The position numbers and the translations under genes are program-made. Shown here in pieces: positions 25,701 to 38,056 of a stretch of DNA of 64,000 nucleotides. The stretch is taken from the NCBI GenBank assembly GCA_043228905.1, contig JBHGNT010000005.1, positions 13,268,001 to 13,332,000 on the forward strand, in the 5' to 3' direction. Under the pieces are notes generated by a model. The model was not told where the DNA came from. It searched no databases and was given only the letters and a program-made list of their open reading frames with translations. Origin of the DNA: Azolla caroliniana. Taxonomy: Eukaryota; Plantae; Polypodiophyta. How positions within the stretch are numbered: the stretch's first letter is position 1; every line of letters starts with the position of its first letter.

Positions 25701-27361
25701 GCATGTTGTGAGAGGATTTATGCCCGGGGATGAGTTGTGGAAAAAGTTATGGTTGTTAGATATTCGTAACATTAAGCCTACCTTAGGAGGACAGTGGCAA
25801 GATAGTTGTAGATGGTTGTTTAATTCTGAATTTCCAATTAAGGCTCAAAATGTTGGTTCTCGAAGAGTTTTTAGAGGTATTTTGAGGGCATGGAAGGACA
25901 TTAGAGAGGCTCTATTATTTCAACCGCCTTCAACAGAAGCCCAATTTGTAAGACAACCATTGCTATGGAATCTTTTGTTTACTGATAGCTCTGGTTGTGT
26001 TTTAGGTATTAGGCCGCATTTATCGTGGGGGAAAATGGACTCAGGACTAGCTACAAGTGTGGCTGATTGGGACCGTTTTCAATTTCTCTCAAATGAGGAC
26101 AAAAAACAATTCTCGTCTTCATTATGTGGGGGATGTTTGATGTTCGTTCAGATTCAACAGGCCTTTCATAATTGTCAAAGGAAAATTACCTTACATAATA
26201 ATTATACATGGTATGGTCTTTTCTCACCTTTGGGCATTTTAATAGGTGCCAGGGCTTACACTGATGAGGGTACAATAAGATTTTATGAGGTTGGATATGC
26301 TGGTCTTTTATATTTTGTAGAAGAAGAAGCTGAAGTTATGCAACTAACCTCCCAAAAAACCATTAGGGTAATTGCTAGGTTAGAGAAGAAGATTTTCCTA
26401 GATCTTACCCCTTTTTTGGCAGACCATACACGACAACTATGGGCATTTCAAAGTAAGCCGGTGGAACAGCTTAATTGGGATCTGGTTGATTACTCATGGT
26501 GGTTGGTTGGAAGGTCTTTGGGAAATGAACAAGAAAGTAGAACTCTTCCTTTTTTTCAGTATTCTGTGGCCTACAGGAGATGCTTCTTGTTGCAACGCCA
26601 TTCTATAAGTCCTGCTGCACAAAAATATTGGGAGTCAGGTGCAATATCGCCTCAATATTTGGCAGCTTACTGGAAAAGTCTATGGACTTTACCATGTTTG
26701 CAGAGAGCCATTTCTTTTAAGTGGTTATTACTTCATTATGCTTTACCTATAGGTTGTCATCTAAAAGGACAGGTTCATGATCGTCGTTGTATGTGTTGCC
26801 AATTACAGGAGGAGAATTTGAAACATTTGTTTTGGACTTGTATTGCAACTCAACAATATTGGGGAAGAATACTAAGGTTGTTTTCTTGTAAATATAGAGG
26901 AGCGATTTTTACATGGGGAGTTGTTCTTTGCGGGTCTTTGGATGTCCAAGTATCCATGTACGAAGGGGAGTAATGTCTGGAAGCATTGCGTGTGTCAGAG
27001 AATAGAATTGAATCAGTTCTCCCGAATAGTCCGGGTGGCAAATATTTTAAAAAGTCTTTTGTTTGGAATATTGTCTCGATTAATGCTTTATGGGTGTGGT
27101 GGAAGTGTAGGTGTAGCAAGAAATGTGGTGGATATGATAAAGATGTTCTGGGACAACTTGGCACATACAGTTAAGGGAGAGTACGATAATATTAAAGGAC
27201 CAACATAAAAGGTGCATAAGAAAAGAAGAAAAATTCGTCAGACATGGTGGCCAATACCTCTATGGTTGGATGGGACACAAGAAAACTGTTGGAATTATGT
27301 GCCACCACGATGGTTGTTTCCTCCGCCTAGTCCTTTCTTATTTCAGTCTTATAGCACATAA
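22780..27361 (+). pseudogene. LINE ORF2 remnant (APE endonuclease, RT, C-terminal Cys/His zinc-binding region)
   Basis: ISWNVQGLG, IQEHHL, GDFN, SDH (APE). WRPITLLN, DFEKAYDRV, RQGCPLAP, FADD (RT). CMCCQLQEENLKHLFWTC. Confidence 0.95.
24885..25207 (+). repeat. Tandem triplication (110- and 102-bp periods) of the LINE RT FADD segment
   Basis: Three near-identical copies starting at ~24886, 24996 and 25098. Confidence 0.95.
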
Positions 27362-27599
27362 CAACATAACTTGTTGATAAACATAATAATTCTTTTCTTT
27401 GTTGGAAAATGATGTTGTTATGGGAGGAAGAAGTGTTCCTATGGTGTGATAGGGAAATATTTATATATTTCTATTCAAAGTAATTGGTATTTTTTGATAC
27501 TTTTCAGCAGGTTTTGTTACTTACCTAATGGACTATTAAGTAGTGTCGTTGGATAGGATAAGTGATGCTCTTGGTGGAAATCAAGGACATGGCAAGCCA

Positions 27600-28470
27600 A
27601 AATTTGGTGCCGATTAGCGAGATCGTGAGATGATTGTTGTGGATGTAAGAAGCAAATTCTTTTTGAGCGATAAGGATGAGTGTAGATGGTGTGGCGGTTG
27701 AAGCATATTCTTATGAGCAGGAATTTGGTGGTAATCGGCGAGAGGGTTGATGTGGATTAAGAAGAAAAATTCTTTTGAGGGATAAGGAGGAGTGAAGATG
27801 GTGTGGGGTTTGAAGCATAGTATCATGAGTTGATGAGGGAGTTTTTTACACTAATATGTTTGTTGTCTATATGCCAGGATGCTTAATGGAATCTGAAAAT
27901 GGACAAATGGTTGATGTTGAAAATGAAGCAGATTTTCTATAAAGATAGTGTTGGATGGTGAAGCATATTTTATGAGTGTCTGAGGAGAGTGATTCATTCT
28001 ATTTTTTGATGGTGTAGGGGTTGAAGCATACTTTCATGAGGGGAGAAGGAGAGCACATTGGATGTTGGTCATCGCGTCTTCCAATCTCAAGGACCTTCAT
28101 AGTAAAAGATGACATTGTTGATATCGACAACGAAGCACATTATCTATTTCTGACAAGGATGACTAACGATGGTGTCGGAGGAAGAAGCATAATTTCATGA
28201 GGGGATCTAGAGAGTAGTGTCATTATGTTTTTCGTATGTACATGGATTTCGTGGTCTACGACGAGAGATGGTTGTGCTAGACTTTGGTGGTAATCGGCTA
28301 GATGTTGGATGGGGGAAAATAAAACAGATTCTTTGTTTGATAAGGATGAGTCATGAGGTTGGCGGGGGCTGAAGCATACTTCATGATGGGAGGGTAGACT
28401 CATTTTCTTTTTTGTTCTATGAGTGTTGATGGTGTGGACTTGGAAACATTTTCTTGAGGGTCGATGAGAG
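27600..28470 (+). repeat. Degenerate repeat array in the LINE 3' region (gatggtgtgg...tgaagcata...atgag core)
   Basis: About 7-8 cores near 27699, 27810, 27959, 28021, 28184, 28370 and 28441. A longer ~110-bp unit recurs at ~27640, ~27753 and ~28300. Confidence 0.75.
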
Positions 28471-28903
28471 TACATGTTTTGAAGCTTGGAGATTTTTAAT
28501 GTTTTTAAGACACAACAACTCAGGCAAAATGTGTTGCTATCATTGGAAGACATTGCTTGACTTCAGACATTGGAATTAGTTGATAAAGTGATCACATTAC
28601 AGGATTTATGAAGCTGGTTGATTTTGTAGGCATTTTTGTTGTCAAAGGTTGAGCGCTAATGTGGAAAAATGAAGTTCGAAAAAGCTGGATACTCCGAGAT
28701 GTTGTTTATATGTTGACTATGGTCTTCAGTACTTTTGTCTACAACATGAAGTTTTTAGAAACCATGACAAGGGGCAAAGGAAGATGTGTTTCAGATGCTT
28801 CTAACTACAAATGTGGCCATTTCGAATGCAATTATGATAGAATGGACTTGTTTTTACATGCTAGAGATTGTTTTTACCTTTACATGTGGTCTCCTAGCTT
28901 GCT

Positions 28904-29193
28904 GTAGCAAAGGCTTGTGGAAGTCTAAAAGCTATTGACAAGGGAAAATAAATTCACGGTGACATTACAGATATAGCTCTTGTGGATAATGATATGATGG
29001 TATTGGGCAATGCTTCGATGGACATGTATGACAAATGTGTAGGTTTGGAACAACCATGGAAGTGCTGGAAAAGTTTGTTTTTCAAGATGTGAATAGCTTG
29101 GAATGCACTCATTATAACATATGTCCAGCATGGACATGGCCACAAAGCACTCGATTCATTTGAACAAATGCAAAGCATGGGCATTTCTCTGAT
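28904..29193 (+). pseudogene. PLS-class pentatricopeptide-repeat (PPR) gene fragment inside the LINE
   Basis: Manual translation across a stop and frameshifts gives KACGSLKAIDKGK*IHGDI...VLGNASMDMYDKC...DV/IAWNALIITYVQHGHGHKALDSFEQMQSMGISL, an L-S-P motif succession. Weaker traces extend back to ~28560. Confidence 0.85.
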
Positions 29194-30784
29194 TTGGATA
29201 ATGGTATGGCATCATTGTAATTTCTTTGCCTATAAAGATTACCGAGGGGTTTTTTCTTACTTATCTTAACTAGAAAGACTGGCTAGAGTCATTCAGCATG
29301 GCTTTACAATATTCGAAGTCATTTTAATACCAATGGAGGATATTTTTTTAGGAAAAAAAAAATGTCACTTGATGAAAGGAAGAGATTAGTTGTACGAAGC
29401 CGGAAATTTCTGTCTCCTAAACGACAGACTATACCACAGAGGCATTGATGGCTTACGGCGGCATAGAGTTCGACAGTTTGAGAAGGATGGAATTTTACAG
29501 GAAACCCACTGCGGTATAGTTGGTGGACATTATGTGGGAGAAGCTATGACTAAGAAAATATGGAGCAGTGGCTTGTGGTGGCCGAAAACCACTAAGGATG
29601 CAGTTGAATATTGTAGGCAATGCAACTTTCGTCAACGAATCGGCCAACCGATAGAAAAGGACAAGATGTCTTTTCAACTAGTATTACCTTTAGAACCTTT
29701 CCAAAAATGGATCTTGGACTTTGTCGGTCCATTTAAGGCAGCTTCTATCAAGACCGGAAATCGTTATATTATAGTAGCTAAAAACTATTGTATGAAATGG
29801 GTTGAAACTAAACCCTTACAGGATAACACGACATTGTCACAACAAAATTTCTATAGGAAAACATATGGTGTCGGTTCGGCTATCCAATTGAATTAGTCAG
29901 TGATCAAGGTACTCATTTCACAAATAAAATTGTACATGAATTATCATGGCTTTTCGGTTAGAAGCTGTAATGCAAGTAGAAATTTAGGAACTTCTGGCAT
30001 TATGAGTATGAGTCATCAAAAGACTAGAAGAGGAGCAATTAGAAAGAGTTTGGAAAGAACAATTGATCATTTTGGAAGAAAGTAGGTTGCAGGCTATGTG
30101 TGCACTTGAGCAGAAATAGTGCCAGATAACGGCGTTCGTAGACAGACACCGGAAACAAAAAGAAAAGATGTTCGCGATCTATAAGCTAGTACTTGTCTTT
30201 CAGATGAAGATGGGTTTGATGCCCGGAAAACTCTGATTTCGGTGGATAGTTCCATTTTGAATAGTCGACTACAAGAATGACACATATCAAGTCGGCACAC
30301 TCTTAGGTGAAATTAGGCCGAAATGGGTAAATGGTTTTTGGTTACGTGGCACGGTCACGAATATATATAATATTATTAAGAAAAAAGAAGAAGAAGAAAG
30401 AAGCTATAGCAGAAAACTAGTCTTGGCAAAGCTATAACAAAATTAACAAAAAATACTTCATGACTTCTTGGTGTGGTCTTTTTCAGACTATATATGGACA
30501 AGCTAAAAAATCATGTATTATTAATTATGAGTGGTGGAGCTATTATTACTATATTTGTACTAGCACTATCATAAATAGAATATTTTCATAAATAGTATAT
30601 TCTCTTTGCCTCTGAAAAAAATGAAAAAATGAACCGTCTATTCCCTCAAAACCCTAGGTCTTCACTTTCTATGTTACAAAAGCAGAAAAGGTTTCAAGAG
30701 CACAAGTTTTCTTTGTCTTCTCTGTGCACACAGAAATCAAAAGCTCCATCGCTCACTAGTTCCGACTTATATCAAGAAGTCAAC

Positions 30785-33212
30785 ATGTCAGTTCAAGTAT
30801 CAGATGAACTGCAACAGTAATTGTGGAACAAGAGATTGGACGGATACCTGAAAGTTGCAGATTCCGAACCCCACCCACATGCCACACAGATCATCCAACC
30901 GATCGACATAACCAAGATAACAAACAAACAGGTATGTCGAATTCTTAATTTGAGTAGTGATGCTATGACGAAACTGGAACCAGAGGTCCTAACATCCTAT
31001 TTCGGTGAGTACTCGCCATCGGCTAAGGACTATCAAACGCAAGGTGGAGACGATGAATTCTTCCACGAAGTCACTAAATTCCTATTAGAAGTAGCATTCA
31101 TAAGTCAACGATTTTATTGCATGCCTAAAAAGAAGGCAGGTTTTATCACATCAACATATGAAGGGGAGGTGTTCGACTGGGGACTCTTGACGGCAAAAGC
31201 GCTCATAGAGCAGTTCAATGGGGTTCAAAGAGGAAACCCCATGAAGCCGATATTCACCAAATGGTTAACAGTACACTGCCCAACACCTAGTTCGGAGAGT
31301 CGGCAAAGCACTTCATAGATAGAGGGACAACCACAAAGATAGGCTACATCGAAGGCTCGACAACAAGTGCCACGAGAAGAATGGCACGAACCAGAATCGA
31401 CGCTTGTCGGAACCCGTCCGACAAACAAAAACGGCAACAAAGCAACCACAGGAGTAAATAACGACTCCTATGTCCAATAGAGAAGTACCAAAGAAGACAC
31501 CGACCCTAGCACCACAACAGGCCCAAGAACTGGCCCTAACACCGACATCGGGAAATACAACACAAAGGATGAGGAGGACAAAATAGAAAGCACAACGCTA
31601 CACACAACCAAGCGAGGAAACACCGCCGACACAAAGACAAAAGATGAACACACAATCTCGTCAAACAAATGAAGAAGGCCATGTCGATCCAAATGACACA
31701 AGCCGGGTAGAAAAGGGGAAATCATCAATTATGACTCCTAGAGAAGCATTAGGGCTACCCGAACTTCCACCGGCAGCACATGAAATGGCATCCATTATGC
31801 AATTCGGCTCATCATATGAACTAGTGGAATGGCTCGCACAACGACTGTAGGAAGTATCGGAACGGTTGACCCAAGAACATAAGGACTGGGTACTGATCCA
31901 AAAGTCTTTAATTGGAGTTGTCGAGCTAGAGGAACAACAACAATTGGACAAAATCGGCCGACAACGAAATGCAACGAATCAAGGTGAGGCAATTCAATTG
32001 CCCCCATTACATACAACACTTCTAGAAGTGCATAGAGAATATCACAGGGCAAATAGGGCAGCTAAAGACATGGTTGAAGCATACAAGAGAGCCACGGTGG
32101 CAGAATATCAGCTACAAGACAAATGGACAAAAAGCCAAGCTGAAAATGATAAGTTGTCAGCAATCCTCTAACAAAATGAAGAAAAATTAAAAGTAGCCAA
32201 AGCTCAAGTACAGACGCACTGGACATCGGAGCCCGATCAGCAGTTCCAACAACAATTACAAGAAGTCGAGGAGAAAGCGGGGAATGTAACCGCTAGAACC
32301 GAAGCAGTAGAGCACAAGGTCATGAAATTAGAAGACCACATTTTATTGACTAAAAACAAAATTCGCAAATAATTGGATGTGAAAGATGATGCTATCCAAT
32401 GATTAAAAAGACAATTGGCACAACAACAGGATCAGACACAATAGCAAACAAAACAGGTATAGGAATTGGAGGAGTATATCAGAATCCAGGAGGAGTGTTT
32501 TGTGGAGCAAATGGCCGAGACGGAACTCCCAAAAGAGACTACACAAGAGGTGCATGAAGAAGAAAAGTGACGCTTGGAATCGGTGAATACTGATTTAACA
32601 AGAAACTGCGTCGTGTTAAAAGTCAGGTATGAGAACAAACAACTCGAGTTGCTGATAGCCGAAGCGAAGTTAATGCAAGCAGAAGGCTCGAACAACCCAC
32701 AAATAGCAAAATTAAGGAAACTATGAGCCACGACACTGTACCACGTAAGTATGGGCGAGGAAAAAGTCTGACCGATGATAAAAGCCCACAAGCTCAAAAC
32801 GCTACAACTGGTAGCCGAATCCCTCGACAAAGGATGGATGACATGGTTGGCGCAGGTAACCAAAGTGCAACTCTTGCATACTAACAAGGAGAACAGAAAA
32901 GTGTCGGGTCAAGAGTTCTTCAAAATTACAGAAGAACACATCTCTCCAGTACAAGAAGACTTAGCTTGGGACTAGTATGAGCTTGCAACGAGCCATCGGG
33001 AGGAAATAACTCAGGTAATGGAGAAATTCCATGCCCACAATATCGACACCACTACCAAGCTAGCCAACTACGAACTAAACTGACGACAACAAACAACTGA
33101 GCTTGGATCTTCATCCGTGCCGCAACCACCACCACAACCGACCAACGTTGACAACGAGGAGAATAGCGCCGACGACAACGACAAAGATCCCGAAGGGGAA
33201 GCAAAACCATAA
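30785..33212 (+). pseudogene. Extra 3' ORF remnant of gypsy G (globular N-terminus, low-complexity linker, long coiled coil)
   Basis: ORFs 30821-31318, 31644-31850, 31866-32171 and 32775-32975 lie in sense orientation after the integrase. The C-terminal half is Q/E/K-rich and helical-looking. Confidence 0.65.
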
Positions 33213-33544
33213 TTGTTCGACATACTCCACTCCACGACTACGAAAATGACGATGACGACAACGATGATGGCCTTGACCCCATCGGGGAAGCGTAACCCGT
33301 ACTGTGGGTTCGACTAGGCAAGGCCTTGGCCCACGAGTGTGCCATGTGTTAGTTAGTCAGGGTAAGAGTCGGACAAGTGTGGAAGCGTAAGAGTCGACAA
33401 TGTTCAGAAAAGATAGAGTCGGAGTTGGATCGACAAGGTGGATCAATGAGTTAGCATTTTTGCCGACTAAATAAAAATAATTATAGATAGTAAAGTTAGT
33501 TAGAAGTTTTGGATAGTTCTTACCGATAGGTAGTGCCAAAATTT

Positions 33545-35565
33545 AGAGCTTCCCGCTCGGTTGTCGAGTAGGTTCTTTCCGCGGTGGAGAGTTTCTGACT
33601 CACGTAGTATACTGGCTTATACCAGTTCGGCTCCGTCAGCTGCATTAGGGAACTGCCAATTGCCACATTTGATGCATCTACAAATTCGTGAAAAGGTTTC
33701 TCCAAATCTGGAGGTTGTACCGCAGGAACTTTAGTAAGCATTTTCTTTAGGCAATCATAAGCATCTTGCTCCACTGTTGCCCATTGGAAAGGTGTTTTGT
33801 GCACTGCTTTGTGCAACAGTATGGCCACATCGGCAAGATAACGAATCATCTGACTATGCCACCTAATTCGTCCCAAGAACCGACTAAGAGCTTTTGCATG
33901 GTTGGTGCTGGTGCTTCTAATATTGTCTTTACTTTGTCAGGATCAACTGCTATTCCATATTGTCTTACTATATGTCCTAGCAATGCACTACTTGTTACGC
34001 CAAATGCACATTTGGCCAAATTGAGACTCAATCAACCTTGTCGACATCGGTCTAAACATAGTCGAAAACGTTTTAAGTGGTTGGTCTTTCGACTATAGAC
34101 TGCAAAGTCATCGAGAAAAACTTGCATGAATGCAGGAATGTAATCAATAAATGTTTCTTGAATTAGCCGTAGAAATGTCGTTGGAGCCACTGCCACAAAT
34201 ACTTCCCATTCGGTTACAAAAGTTGTCTTTTCTTGATCGTCCGGATGCATGCAAACTTGATTATACCCACTGAAACCATCAAGGAAACTATAAATCTCAC
34301 GGTTTACTACTACATCTAGAATATCGTCCATAAATGGTAACGAAAATGCGCCTATTCTTGTAGCCGCATTGAGTTTCCTGTAATCGACACATACCCGAAT
34401 TTTACCATTCTTCTTAGGTATGACTACAATCGAACTCAACCAAGTTGCCTTATTTACTAGTCGAATAAATTCAACTCTGAGTAACTTGTTGATTTCTTGC
34501 TTGATTTTCACCGCATAATTTGGATTTAATCGGTAATGGCGTTGTTGTAGAGGCTTTGCATCCTTATGTAAATATATCTGATGTTGGCAAAATGTTGGAT
34601 CTAATCCTTTCATGTCTTCGAATGACCAAGCAAAGACATCCTTATATTGTCTCAATAAATTCTTTAATTCCTCCTTTTGAGCTGCTAGCATCTATTTCGT
34701 TATTAGTATTGTCTTAGGTTCTACGTCGGTGTCGATATCGGCTAAATTTAATTCCTCCAGTACCGATGCTTGTACTCTTTGAGACACCTGCATTTCGTTT
34801 TCCGTGGCTTCCTACTATAATCGAATCTCTTTTAATATCCCCTCATCAAACGGAACTTCATCTTCCTTGTCTTCAATATAAGAAGTTAGCGTCTACAAAA
34901 TGTTTACTTCGAATAACGAAATTATTTTTAGGTTCTCATTAAAATATCGGTCTTCCTCCGCTTCATCTAGTCCTTCCATCATATTAACTGACTCTGCATG
35001 AACTGGTAGACATTGATGAGCCATATTGACTTTGTCCTGAGTTGATATCCAAATTTTAGTTTTACCCTTCCTGAATGTTAACACATTCTTGTTCCAATTT
35101 TGCTTAATATTAGTCATTTTTAACCATGGTCGATCTAACAAGAGTGGATATGCTCCAGGAGCATCCAAATGAAGCACCACTGATGATATTTGAAAAGCAT
35201 GGCCCCCTAAAATGTCTACCATCCTTATTGATGACATTAACTCCTTAACCACGATCAACAATAGTTCTGGCAACTTTGTGACCGTGAATTATCACTTTTA
35301 TTCAAGGACTTTGTTCATCCATGATCGTCGGATCATTGTGATCAACTGACTATATGTAAATGATACTAGTTCTCCATCTTTTTGTGCAAGAAGAGCCACC
35401 TTTTCTCTAGAATAGGGCACTAATTTTAGTAATCCTGACAAAGGTAATGAAACTTGATAGTCGGCCAAATTTCTCCAAGTCTCGTCTTGTTCCTCGATTG
35501 GTAATATCTCGGATTGAGGAGCAGATTTCTCGTTATTTGATAACTCATTATCCTGCATCATTCGG
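33545..35565 (-). mobile_element. Degenerate Ty3/gypsy H (protease-RT-RNase H), same family as G, opposite orientation
   Basis: ORF 34032-34691 (VCVDYRKLN, LDGFSGYNQ, FLDD). ORF 33520-33876 is nearly colinear with G 20450-20870. Confidence 0.9.
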
Positions 35566-35568
35566 GTG

Positions 35569-36022
35569 TGTTAAGAGACAAGCTCAACATCGGCTGGATC
35601 GGCTGAGCAAGCCGAGGACTGGATCGGTTGGGACCAATCGGTTAGGCCAGACTAGTGCGTAAAACAGGTGCGTAAACCGGTACGCAGACTGGTGCGTAGG
35701 AAGGCCATATCAATGTGTAAACCGAAAGGCCGTTAGAGAGATATTCCTCGTAAGGAATAGTTTTGGGAGTAAGAGTCGAAGCTCATTTATGAGTAGTCAA
35801 GTACTGTCAGTACTTGTGTCAGCCCGACTGCTAGGGCTTGTATAAAAGTGCTCACTGAGCACATTCTATGCACAAATTGAGTATTATTTTTGAATTAAGT
35901 TCTTGTGTTTCACTCACTCTCTCTGTCTCTCCCGTGAGTACTATGCAAACCTAAGCTTTCCATTAAACCTGCGTTTTTTGTTGTTCAGTTTCCTGTATTG
36001 CTTTCACACGCAATTCTTTTCA
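35569..36022 (+). repeat. 5' LTR of copia I
   Basis: tgttaagagacaagctcaac...ctttca, homologous to the reverse complement of the L LTRs. Confidence 0.9.
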
Positions 36023-38056
36023 TGGTATCAGAGCGCGAGGGTTGAGAACCTCTACAGCCGACTTTGCTTGAAGGAAAAACCAACGAAGAAGAACAAGAAA
36101 ACCGATGGACAGAGGAATGGCTAGATGGTCCAGGTCTGTCTCAGGGGTTTGGCGTCGAAGTTCGGGGCGTTCCGAACTGCTGTGTGTACCCGGGAGAATA
36201 CGCCGTCCTTTTTCGACTTACAGTCGATGCTCCTGGTAGAGGAGAACCATGCAGGTGCGTCAACGAGCACGCACACCGACAACAAGATGTTGTACACGGA
36301 AGGAGATAGGCCCCAAGGTCGTGACGGACGAGGTGAGTCGGTACGCAATGGAGGCGGCCGACAGGATCAAGGAAGAAGGCACCAAAGTGATGCGGACAAC
36401 AATTCCAGACCCTCCGGAAATAGGGGGAGTTGGGGCAACGAAAACCGGCAAGGGAAATCCGCCGTGGATTGCTGGTACTGTGGCAAGAAAGGCCACAAGG
36501 GAGAGCGAGTGTTGAAAAAAGCGCGCCGAGTCGGAGAGGACCGGTTCCAGACATACCGACAAAGGAAACCGGCAGCGATCGCACTACGCCGAAGGCTCTG
36601 GAAAAGTCAAATAAGGGTCAGTCTTCGTGACGAGACATGAAGCAAACTCAATGAAGAAGATCACCCCGAAGTAGGAGGAGGTGTGGTACGTCGACTCCGA
36701 CGCGTCAAACCACATGACGTGCCACGAGGAGTGGTTCTCATACCTTGAGAAACCGACGCAACCAGGAGTAGTCGCAACCGGAGACAACACTCCGCATCCG
36801 ATTGCGAATGTCGGTGAAGTTCCCTTGAGCCATGTCGGGCAGAATGGGAAACTCATGGACGTGTTACACGTCCCAAAAATCACAGAGAACCTGGTGTCGG
36901 TCGGGCAGATCGTCGACCAGGGGATGCAGGTTCAGTTTACGCATCTCAGGTGCTTTATTGAGGAAGAAAGCCGTGTTATTGCGCAAGGGCGCAGAGATGG
37001 GAGGATGTTTATCCTTGACTCTAGTGACGGTGGCACCGCAATGTTCGCGAAGGGACATAAAGTCGAGTCGGACATCGACTTATGGCACAGGCGGATAGGC
37101 CACGTCAACTACCAGCGGCTTCAAGACCTGCAATCGAAACAGGTGGTGTTCGGATTGCCCAAATTTAGTGGTCGAAAGGCACAAAATTGTGAAGCCTGCC
37201 AGCTTGGGAAGCAACACCGACTTCCCTTCCCGAACAAGCGTAACCGGAGCCGAAACAAGCTCGACTTGATACACTCCGATGTGTGGGAGCCGGCACAAAA
37301 CGTTAGTCTTGGCGGGAGCCGATATTTCGTGTCCTTCATAGACGACTACACGCGGCACACGTGGATCTACCTCATTGAGAGGAAGAGCGAAGTCTTCGAC
37401 TGTTTCCGGGACCTCAAACGGTTCGTGGAAACGGAAACAGGAAGAAAGATCAAGTGCCTGCGGTCGGATGGCGTATAAGAATATTTTTCCGGTCAATTCA
37501 ACGGTTATTTACAACAGATGAGAATTCGGCGCGAATTCAGTTGTAGATACACGTCGGAGCAAAACGGCGTGGCCGAGAGGAATGTCACAAAATGTGAATA
37601 TCAAGGTTTGAACTTGTGACCTTCAAACAATGGTCTGACACTTCAACCATTGCACCAACTCATTTTCATTAATGAATACATTTTCATATTATTATTATTC
37701 AATAACTCTAGAGCACTAGACACATTAGATGACCGCCAAATGGCATGCACCCTGTACGCCAAGTGGCGCACAGCATGTATGCCAAATAGCGATCATGCAC
37801 ATTCTGATGTACAGTATATAAGTCGAAGATCTGCTTAGTGTTGAACCATTCCGGTTCAACACCAGTCTTCAGCAACCTTGTAATCTTGGTTTCTGGTAAT
37901 AGAAATTCTTGTATTTTTGTCTTGTAAACATCTTCTCGTTTGTTATTATCTTCTTTTCTTCCAAATAGACCTTGTCTTCGAAGCTTGGGTCGCGACAGTT
38001 TGAACCGGAATCCCACATTTTTTTTCTCGAGTATCTAGTGAAGTTTTTCCGTCACA

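Larger units (their letters stand above)
21261..29361 (+). mobile_element. Full-length L1-type LINE (~8.1 kb)
   Basis: 15-bp TSD ATGTCACTTGATGAA at 21246-21260 and 29362-29376. A-tail at 29353-29361. ORF1 and ORF2 present. Confidence 0.95.
20450..33540 (+). mobile_element. Degenerate non-chromoviral Ty3/gypsy G (RT end, RNase H, integrase, extra 3' ORF), interrupted by a LINE
   Basis: DKVKAILQAPTP...RFLGQ and RNase H (YASRKLS.AERNYSTTERE). The reading LPPDNMSLDE|RKRLVVRSRKF rejoins across the LINE. Integrase Zn-finger/core at 29390-29940. LTRs were not confidently found. Confidence 0.85.

Noticed and set aside
27600-28470. CRISPR-like repeat/spacer appearance of the LINE-tail array
   Set aside because: Repeats are degenerate with irregular spacing, spacers resemble each other, the context is eukaryotic and there are no cas genes.
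28904-29193. Functional host PPR gene
   Set aside because: It has an in-frame stop and frameshifts and lies inside the LINE TSDs, so it is reported as a captured fragment only.
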